DNA of 64,000 bases, from IMG/VR virus record IMGVR_UViG_3300024297_000001; one strand, written 5' to 3'. How positions within the stretch are numbered: the stretch's first letter is position 1; each line of letters begins with the position of its first letter. The notes below the pieces were generated by a model. That model was not told where the DNA came from. It worked only from the letters and a program-made list of their open reading frames with translations, and searched no databases. The translations under genes were made by a program, and so were the position numbers. This document shows positions 1-6,715 of this stretch, in pieces. The stretch comes from a virus (taxonomy: Duplodnaviria > Caudoviricetes).

Positions 1-497
1 TCGTCAAGTGCATCTTCTAAATCAACAACACGGTCTTCCATATCTTCGTCGCCCTTGTCGTCGTCACCTTCTTCGCCATCTGCATCTGCTTCGATATCAG
101 CCATCATGTCGTCTGCTGGATCGCCGCCCATGTCATCATCTGCTTCTGGTGTAATTTCTGCAAAGTTTTCGTCAACTTCTTCGTCCTTAGACTCATCAGT
201 TTTTTCGTCTTCGTCTTTTGCTTCGTCAACGTTTTCATCTTTAGACTCATCTGTTTTTTCATCTTCGTCTTTTGCTTCGTCAACTTCTTCGTCTTTTGAA
301 GATTCATCAACTTCTTCGTCAGTTGCTTCGTTAGTGTCTTCGTCTTTAGACTCGTCTGCTAACTCATCTTCTAATAAATTTTCATAAATTGTTCTTGATT
401 TTTCAACGACGATTTCATGGAACAGTTCTTCTGCACCTTTCTTATCTTCGTTAACTAATTTTTCAAGCATTTGCTCGAATTTGTTACGGTCTGCCAT
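1..497 (-). CDS. Acidic prohead core/scaffolding protein (T4 gp67/gp22-like), 3'-truncated by window edge
   Basis: Not in the ORF track because it runs off the edge. ATG at 497 with AGGAGG SD at 505-510. Reads MADRNKFEQMLEKLVNEDKKGAEELFHEIVVEKSRTIYENLLEDE, then a very D/E-rich region and EDRVVDLEDALD. Lies two genes downstream of the portal. Confidence 0.6.
   Translation of the reverse strand, partial: MADRNKFEQMLEKLVNEDKKGAEELFHEIVVEKSRTIYENLLEDELADESKDEDTNEATDEEVDESSKDEEVDEAKDEDEKTDESKDENVDEAKDEDEKTDESKDEEVDENFAEITPEADDDMGGDPADDMMADIEADADGEEGDDDKGDEDMEDRVVDLEDALD
187..294. repeat. 54-bp tandem repeat (2 copies, 18 aa) inside the scaffold gene
   Basis: TTAGACTCATC(A/T)GTTTTTTC(G/A)TCTTCGTCTTTTGCTTCGTCAAC starts at 187 and again at 241; encodes VDEAKDEDEKTDESKDE twice on the minus strand. 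Confidence 0.9.
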
Positions 498-541
498 TGT
501 AGTACCTCCTATAAGTTTACGTTTGGTAAGGCTGTCAATAA

Positions 542-547
542 TATTTA
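542..547 (-). promoter_or_regulatory. T4-type late promoter core TAAATA upstream of the scaffold gene
   Basis: TAAATA on the minus strand in the 498-611 intergenic gap; the window encodes a gp55-like sigma factor. Confidence 0.55.
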
Positions 548-611
548 CATATAATAGGGAAAATACGTGGAATATAGGCTCAAAACGCAGGATTTTGAAA
601 CCTTAATGAAA

Positions 612-1208
612 TTAACCGAAGATTTTCTGAAATTCTTCGATATTTACATGGGATAAATTTGTAAAGTTTTTTAGACTTCCTGGTAGGAATTTATCTCCTT
701 CTGCTACTACTCTTATATATCTCTTTCTATGATTTCTTTGGCATATTATGCCTACTTGACGCTCCCAGTTACCAAAATATGTTGCAGGGTCGTTTTCTCG
801 CTTGTAATTAAATGTACCAGCGTATAAGTTGTTTACCTTATCATCGCCTTTTCCGGTGCCTGTAGTGCCTTTAAAGTCAAATCCTAACAAATATATAGGA
901 TCGTGTCCGTGGTCTGAAGCAAGATCTAATGCTGTAGGACCACTACTCCAGCCTTTACTGGGGTTTAAAATGTTGAGTCCTTGTATGTCGTTTAACTGTT
1001 TATTGTGATTAGTGTATACTTTGTTGTGCTTTTGCCAGCCTGTTTTGCAAATTTCAAGCACCATCTTGGCATCTACTGCTACAAGATAGTCTGGCCTAAA
1101 GTCTCTATAAACTGCGTTACAGGCATAGATAGGACCGTACTGTTTTAATGCTTCTAAACTTATGGGTTTGCGACTTGTGCCGTTACCAACAACGAATGCT
1201 GTTGACAT
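612..1208 (-). CDS. DUF115/MptE-like or GT29 (sialyltransferase)-like Rossmann-fold protein
   Basis: N-terminal AFVVGNGTSR...IYACNAVY...PDYLVAVD and later SSGPTAL...IYLLGFD resemble the DUF115/sialyltransferase-like motif layout. Confidence 0.5.
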   Translation of the reverse strand: MSTAFVVGNGTSRKPISLEALKQYGPIYACNAVYRDFRPDYLVAVDAKMVLEICKTGWQKHNKVYTNHNKQLNDIQGLNILNPSKGWSSGPTALDLASDHGHDPIYLLGFDFKGTTGTGKGDDKVNNLYAGTFNYKRENDPATYFGNWERQVGIICQRNHRKRYIRVVAEGDKFLPGSLKNFTNLSHVNIEEFQKIFG

Positions 1209-1216
1209 ATCATCTC

Positions 1217-1456
1217 CTATGCTTCAGGTTGTGATGCCAATCCGTACATCTGTCTTACAAAATGTAACTCTTTCTGTTGTTCTTCGTTATGAAATTCGCC
1301 AGCTCTACGTGCTTTGTTGATTTGACGTAGGCTTAGTCTTGTTTTTCTTGTGTCGTCTCTTGATACAACACCTTCATCGTCAGCAGAATCATATGACTTG
1401 TCTTCTGTTGGTTCAAGTGTTTCTTTGTCAAAATAAAATAATTCTCTTAGTATCAT
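1217..1456 (-). CDS. Small hypothetical head-associated protein (79 aa)
   Basis: Clean ORF between portal and scaffold region; starts MILRELF; TAAATA lies 5 nt upstream of the ATG. Confidence 0.6.
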   Translation of the reverse strand: MILRELFYFDKETLEPTEDKSYDSADDEGVVSRDDTRKTRLSLRQINKARRAGEFHNEEQQKELHFVRQMYGLASQPEA

Positions 1457-1461
1457 GTAAC

Positions 1462-1467
1462 TATTTA
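1462..1467 (-). promoter_or_regulatory. Late promoter TAAATA, 5 nt before ATG (1456)
   Basis: Minus strand reads GAA-TAAATA-GTTAC-ATG. Confidence 0.6.
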
Positions 1468-1471
1468 TTCC

Positions 1472-3235
1472 TTATGCTGGTGGTACTTCAGGAGCAGGTG
1501 CTCCGCCTGCGCCACCGCCTGTTGTTGTGTCAGGTGCTGTCGCTTCTCCTCCTGCAACTGGATCAGGCTCTGCATTAGGATCAATGTCTTCTGCTCCGCC
1601 TATGTCTGCATCCATTGCCGCGCCACTAATACCTACGCCACGCATTTCACCTGCGGCGTCTGTTGGTGGTGGAGTAATATTTTCATCATTCTCTTCTTTC
1701 CAATAACGTTCATTCTCAGCCATGTCTTCTTCACTTAATCCTAAGAAACGTTTCATTGCATATCTGTTACTAATGAATGGCACAGCCATAATTTGTGTAA
1801 ACGTTGGAATTCTTACATTGTCAAGTTCTGATTGTCTGTAACTTGCAAAGTTCATTGGTGGTTCAAGTTTTAAATCAAACATTGAAACATCAAGATTCAT
1901 ACCTTTTTCTAATAGGTAACGTTTAAACTCTTGATTAAATTCTTCTGTTACAAGTGCTTGTAAACGTTCACAGTACTTGTTAAAGCGTAGTTCTTGTATG
2001 TATGCAGTACCTACTCTACCATCGTTGCTTTGTGTTTGTGCATCATCTTGTGCCGCTGTTGGCAAGTAACTACTTGGAATACGTAAACCTCTAATAAGTT
2101 TATTAGTAAAGTATTTTAAGTCGTCAATCTCACCTAAGTTAGTACCGCCTGGTAATGTTTCAACTTTAGATCCACGTCCTTCTGCTGTTTGCGGAAAGAA
2201 GTAATCTTCATTTGTTGATAATGGATTGTATGCACTATCAATAACGCTTGTTGATCCACCTGTTGCACTTGGAATACGTCTTTGGTGTATTTCTGTTTTT
2301 ACACGCTCAACAAATTGCATTGCAAGGTGTGATGGCATATTACCTACGTCAATGTAAAACACTCTACGTTCAGGTGCTCTTTGCGTTCTGTAAATAATAA
2401 TTGCGTCTTCTAATAATTCTTTTTGCTTGTATACTTTAAATATACTTTCTAACAAACTATTACCAAATGGATAGTTGTTGTCTAATCCTTCACTTAAACT
2501 TAAATGTACAACATGTTCTGCATTAATAGCAACTTCTCTATTGTTTACATTAAATCTTGAACCTGATTGTGATGTTCCTGTGTTACCAACTGCACCTTGT
2601 GCGCCACCTGATTGATAACCTTGTGAACCTGACGATGTTCCACCGCCTGTAATATTTCCGCTTGTAATATGCGGATCAGTAATAATTTGATCTCTAAAAT
2701 TAAAGTTAATATCTTTAATAATATATTGTTCTGGCTTTTTGCCTTCTGATTCGTTTACAATAATACGTACAACTTTTGCAGGATCAATGTAAAACCATTT
2801 TTTAGTTTCAGGATCTCTTACAAAAAATGCGTCACCATACTTAAATGTATTACGCACAATTTTAAACATTTTAGTTTCAAACTTTTGTAGTTTAGACCAT
2901 TGCTTTAGGTATTGTCCTAAAATGTTAACTTCACTGTTTGTTGCTGTTTTATTAAAATGTAAATTAAATGATGTTCTGTTACGTGCATTTTGTTGTGAAC
3001 AAAATTCTGCTAAAATGTCTAACGCCGCATTTACTTCTGAGTCGTTGTCCATAGTATTGTATTGACCATAACGCTCTACTCTATTTGGAGAGCCTACATA
3101 TACGTCTGGTAGATATGAAGAATAATTAGATCTTGCCGGACCCGGTTCGTTTCCGCCACGTCCACTGAACGGGCTCATGTTACCACCGTCGTTGTTACCT
3201 ACAGGCGCATTTGTAAAATATCTTTTCCAGCTCAT
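1472..3235 (-). CDS. gp20: Portal vertex protein (T4 gp20-like)
   Basis: 587 aa with T4 portal motifs: DSEVNAALDI, LLEDAIIIYRTQRAPERRVFYIDVGNMP, EDYFFP...GRGSKVETLPGG.NLGEIDDLKYF..KL.RGLRIPSS, ELRFNKY. Confidence 0.95.
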   Translation of the reverse strand: MSWKRYFTNAPVGNNDGGNMSPFSGRGGNEPGPARSNYSSYLPDVYVGSPNRVERYGQYNTMDNDSEVNAALDILAEFCSQQNARNRTSFNLHFNKTATNSEVNILGQYLKQWSKLQKFETKMFKIVRNTFKYGDAFFVRDPETKKWFYIDPAKVVRIIVNESEGKKPEQYIIKDINFNFRDQIITDPHITSGNITGGGTSSGSQGYQSGGAQGAVGNTGTSQSGSRFNVNNREVAINAEHVVHLSLSEGLDNNYPFGNSLLESIFKVYKQKELLEDAIIIYRTQRAPERRVFYIDVGNMPSHLAMQFVERVKTEIHQRRIPSATGGSTSVIDSAYNPLSTNEDYFFPQTAEGRGSKVETLPGGTNLGEIDDLKYFTNKLIRGLRIPSSYLPTAAQDDAQTQSNDGRVGTAYIQELRFNKYCERLQALVTEEFNQEFKRYLLEKGMNLDVSMFDLKLEPPMNFASYRQSELDNVRIPTFTQIMAVPFISNRYAMKRFLGLSEEDMAENERYWKEENDENITPPPTDAAGEMRGVGISGAAMDADIGGAEDIDPNAEPDPVAGGEATAPDTTTGGGAGGAPAPEVPPA

Positions 3236-3238
3236 GTG

Positions 3239-5488
3239 TTACGCAGTTCCTTTCAACATATTCCCCTGTAACCCGTTTGTTGCACGGAGAATCTGTTTTA
3301 AAATTTTATTTTGCTCTACCAAAGTAGCAGTTGCTAAATCTGTGCTATTTGTATTTACCGCGGCTTCGCTCTCTTGGAGTTTCTTTGTGACTCCAGAGTC
3401 GGCAACAATTTTGGTTGTATCAATTTCTGGTGTTGTAACTGTTGGCATTTCATAGTCTGGCATTACACCTGCGTTGGCTATTTTGATTTTTGGATCTTCA
3501 ATTTCTGTCTTTTTCAAATTCTCGGCGATCTTTTGATTTGGATCGTCTTCTTCGTCATCTCCACCAAACCAACTAAACGGATTAAGTTTTTTAAGTTTAT
3601 CAACTAAGCCAGTAAAGATTTTCCCAATAAACTCAAACATTGTAGAGAATACATCAAGAATCGGTTGTACCCAACTTTTAATTTTTTCCCAACCAAATAT
3701 AGCAAGTAGTGCCACTCCAATTGCAAGGAATGGTGCAATAATTGGACCAAGTATGATTCCAAATATTGTTGGTAATAATGATGTTATAAATCCTGTAAGT
3801 AGTAGTCCTGCAAGTCCGCCAAGTACACCAACAATTAATGTTCCAATATGTTCTTTAAAGAAAGCACCAAACCAAGCACCAAATATTTCTCCAACTTTAT
3901 CAAATCCTTTTTTAATCATAGGTTTAAATTTTTTATCCCAAACTTCGCTAAAGAATTTACCTAAGTCGCCTCCTGCCGCTTCCCAGGTATCTTTTAAGAA
4001 CTTGGCCATCTCTTCACCGTACTTTAGGATTCCGTCTAAGAAACCATCTAATTTTGACACGCCATCTTTACCTGTGGAAGTAAACCATTCTGTAAATGTA
4101 CCAATACCTTCCATGAACATATCAAACAATCCACTGTCAAGAATAGTTGTTTTAATCTTGTTACGCATTTCAGTCATTGCTACTTCAAAAGCGGCCGTTG
4201 TTTTAGTAGTCTTATCTCTTTCTTGTTGTTCTGCTTTCATTGCCGCAATATCTGCATCAGTGTATTTTGCTGACATCTTTTTGTATTCAGCCAAGCCACT
4301 GGTTAATCCTTCAAAGCCTTCTTTACCCATCAATGATTGTACCATTGCAGGATCCATGCTTTTAATAAACGCATCCATCTCTGGACCAAAGCCTGCCATC
4401 TGCTTAATGTATTCTTCTTGACTGATAGCACCATCACCAAGTTGTTTCTGTAATTCTGCAAAGCCTGGTATAGTTGCCGCAAGTTTTTGTGCTAATGGAG
4501 TTTGTGCAACACCGTCTGCTAAGTCTTTAATAGCACCACTAAATCCTGGTAATTCTGAATCAACAAATGCAAGTCCGTCTTGGAAGTTAGTTAATGCTTC
4601 TCCTGACAATCTACTTGCCATAACCATAACGTTTGCTTCTGAGGCTTGTTTCTTTAATAATGCTTCTGCTTCTTTACGTGATTTACCTGTTACTTTAGCA
4701 AGTCTATCAATCTGCATTAAGTATTGTTCTGAACCTGCACGTAATGATGCTTGACTTCTTCCAGCAAGTTTACCTTGCATTGCTTGTAGTTCAATGTAAC
4801 CTGCTGTATGTTCTGCAAGAGATTCCATAGTAAAACCCATTCCCATAAGTTCTTCTCTTGGTAAACTTTTAGTTAATCTTCCAAATGCCTTAGCACCTTC
4901 TGTTGTTGTGCCTCCTAATAGCATCATGTTCTGTGCGTTGCTACCAACAAACTCAGCAAACTGTTCCATGCTTAATCCTGCATCAGCCGCCGCCAAATTC
5001 ATTTCAACAATGTTGTTACCGAAAGAAGCACCTACTTCAGATAGACTTCTAAATGTTTGAACGTTTTCTTCAACCATTCCTAATATACTACTGAGTGCAC
5101 CACCTACTAATGGTAAGTGTGATGCAAAGTCACTCATCTTAACACTTGTGCCTAAGAATTCAGTTGCTAATCCCATAGCAGTATCTGTGACCATACCTAA
5201 ACCTTTGGTCACCATACCGGTCATCATGCTTAGACCTCTACCAAAATCTCCAAGTACAGAAGTGGTGTTTTGTATCTCATCACCAAATTTACCCAATTTA
5301 TTTGATGTTTTATTAAGAACACCTTCCATACCACCAGCAGGTCCACCAGCACCTCCGGCTCCGCCACCAGAACCACCACCTTTTGCGCCTTTTTTCAAGG
5401 CATCAAGGATTTTCTTTAGTGTAGCCTCCGATGCGGCATCTTCGGCTTGTACTTTACCAATTCCTGGAATATCAACTGTTACTGCCAT
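3239..5488 (-). CDS. Tape measure protein-like
   Basis: 749 aa, Ala/Gly/Leu-rich helical protein with a C-terminal hydrophobic stretch (IGTLIVGVLGGLAGLLLTG...FLAIGVALLAIFGW); divergent from a hub/tail chaperone gene. Confidence 0.7.
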   Translation of the reverse strand: MAVTVDIPGIGKVQAEDAASEATLKKILDALKKGAKGGGSGGGAGGAGGPAGGMEGVLNKTSNKLGKFGDEIQNTTSVLGDFGRGLSMMTGMVTKGLGMVTDTAMGLATEFLGTSVKMSDFASHLPLVGGALSSILGMVEENVQTFRSLSEVGASFGNNIVEMNLAAADAGLSMEQFAEFVGSNAQNMMLLGGTTTEGAKAFGRLTKSLPREELMGMGFTMESLAEHTAGYIELQAMQGKLAGRSQASLRAGSEQYLMQIDRLAKVTGKSRKEAEALLKKQASEANVMVMASRLSGEALTNFQDGLAFVDSELPGFSGAIKDLADGVAQTPLAQKLAATIPGFAELQKQLGDGAISQEEYIKQMAGFGPEMDAFIKSMDPAMVQSLMGKEGFEGLTSGLAEYKKMSAKYTDADIAAMKAEQQERDKTTKTTAAFEVAMTEMRNKIKTTILDSGLFDMFMEGIGTFTEWFTSTGKDGVSKLDGFLDGILKYGEEMAKFLKDTWEAAGGDLGKFFSEVWDKKFKPMIKKGFDKVGEIFGAWFGAFFKEHIGTLIVGVLGGLAGLLLTGFITSLLPTIFGIILGPIIAPFLAIGVALLAIFGWEKIKSWVQPILDVFSTMFEFIGKIFTGLVDKLKKLNPFSWFGGDDEEDDPNQKIAENLKKTEIEDPKIKIANAGVMPDYEMPTVTTPEIDTTKIVADSGVTKKLQESEAAVNTNSTDLATATLVEQNKILKQILRATNGLQGNMLKGTA

Positions 5489-5515
5489 TTATTATATACT
5501 CACTTTATTGCAACT

Positions 5516-5523
5516 TATAAATA
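5516..5523 (+). promoter_or_regulatory. Late promoter TATAAATA for the gp26-like gene
   Basis: Exact T4 late consensus in the 68-bp divergent gap; AGGAG SD precedes ATG 5557. Confidence 0.75.
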
Positions 5524-5537
5524 CTTGTGCTATAACT

Positions 5538-5543
5538 TATTTA
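5538..5543 (-). promoter_or_regulatory. Late promoter TAAATA for the tape measure-portal operon
   Basis: TAAATA on the minus strand in the same gap, pointing toward 5488. Confidence 0.55.
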
Positions 5544-5556
5544 GCAGGAGAAAAAT

Positions 5557-6495
5557 ATGTCAGAAAATAACATTCCAGCAGGCGGTATACCAATGATGCC
5601 AACTGGGCCAGTACCGGGTACTCCAGTACAACCGGTCAAGGCGAATCCGCTAACGAAGCATTTTCGACAGCCAAAACTGTACTTAAAACTTCCGTCAGCC
5701 GGACAATATTGGCCAAAAGGATCTATAGACTTACCGGAAAACGGTGAAGTAGCAGTTTATCCAATGACTGCAAAGGACGAGTTAGTTTTAAAAACACCAG
5801 ACGCACTTCTTAATGGCGAATCAACTGTAACAATGATGCAAAGTTGTATTCCAGCAATTAGAGATGCGTACCATTGTCCAAGTTTAGATCTTGATGCAAT
5901 TTTAATTGCAGTTAGAATTGCAACTTACGGAGAAACACTTACAATTACAGCACCGGTTCCAAATACTAAACCGGAGATGACGAAGGATATGTCCGTTGAT
6001 TTAATTCAATTATTGGATACAGTTCAAGGCAGAGGATATGATCCTTTATATAAACATAACCAATTTACATTTTATATTAGTCCTTTAAACTACAAAAAGT
6101 TTACAGAGTTAGCATTAAAGGCATTTGAAGAACAACGCATGATGCAAACTCTTGCAGATTCAAATCTTGACGAAGAACAAAAAATGGCGAAGTTTAATCA
6201 GAGTTTTAGTAAACTAACTGATATGACTTTGTCAAGTGTAGTTGATCAAATTGAATGGGTTCAATTCGGTGGCGAAGAACAAGTTACTGATAAGAAACAT
6301 ATTCAAGAATTTTTTGAACAAACATCAGGTGATATCTTTGATGGTGTTAAAAGTGCTATTGAGAAAAAGAGAAATGAATATGCTCTTAAACCGTTAATTG
6401 CACAAGCATCGGAAGATGAGAAGAAGGCAGGCGCTCCGGACTCATGGGAAGTACCAATAGCGTTTGATCAATCAAATTTTTTCGTACGCAAATAG
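5557..6495 (+). CDS. Baseplate hub/tail assembly chaperone (T4 gp26/gp51 family-like)
   Basis: 312 aa; NPLTKHFRQPKLYLKLPS.G..., VYPMTAKDELVLKTPDALLNG, D.DAILIAVRIATYGE match T4 gp26-like hub assembly proteins; ends ...FDQSNFFVRK. Confidence 0.75.
   Translation: MSENNIPAGGIPMMPTGPVPGTPVQPVKANPLTKHFRQPKLYLKLPSAGQYWPKGSIDLPENGEVAVYPMTAKDELVLKTPDALLNGESTVTMMQSCIPAIRDAYHCPSLDLDAILIAVRIATYGETLTITAPVPNTKPEMTKDMSVDLIQLLDTVQGRGYDPLYKHNQFTFYISPLNYKKFTELALKAFEEQRMMQTLADSNLDEEQKMAKFNQSFSKLTDMTLSSVVDQIEWVQFGGEEQVTDKKHIQEFFEQTSGDIFDGVKSAIEKKRNEYALKPLIAQASEDEKKAGAPDSWEVPIAFDQSNFFVRK
6477..6483 (+). promoter_or_regulatory. Putative -1 programmed frameshift heptamer T TTT TTC
   Basis: In-frame AAT TTT TTC three codons before the TAG stop; the -1 frame is open from 6468 to TAA at 6711-6713. 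Confidence 0.7.
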
Positions 6496-6713
6496 CACAA
6501 TGGCCTCTTGACAAAATACAGTCCGAAGTTAAAAAACTTGAGGGCGATGCTAAAGAACTTAAACACAATATCCTAAAACTTGTTTGGTATATGCGGGGAG
6601 GAGTAACTCTCAATGAAGCATATGATATGGGTCCTGAAGATCGAGACATGGTCAAGAAGATCGTAGAGGATCATATGGAAACCACTAAGAAGTCTGGGTT
6701 ACCTTTCTTTTAA
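6480..6713 (+). CDS. -1 frame extension of the chaperone (G-T-like 'T' part; fusion about 385 aa)
   Basis: Reads FRTQIAQWPLDKIQSEVKKLEGDAKELKHNILKLVWYMRGGVTLNEAYDMGPEDRDMVKKIVEDHMETTKKSGLPFF*. No ATG/GTG/TTG until 6591. Fills the gap exactly up to the convergent stop at 6716. Confidence 0.7.
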   Translation, partial: FRTQIAQWPLDKIQSEVKKLEGDAKELKHNILKLVWYMRGGVTLNEAYDMGPEDRDMVKKIVEDHMETTKKSGLPFF

Positions 6714-6715
6714 AT

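Noticed and set aside
55-387. Ser-rich plus-strand ORF and the 104-310 minus ORF
   Set aside because: Shadows of the acidic scaffold gene (minus, ATG 497), which the ORF track missed because it runs off the window.
6493-6575. Stop-codon readthrough or alternative genetic code at the gp26-like TAG
   Set aside because: The 0-frame closes again after about 26 codons, and all long genes are intact with TAG, TGA and TAA as stops. A -1 shift explains the gap better.
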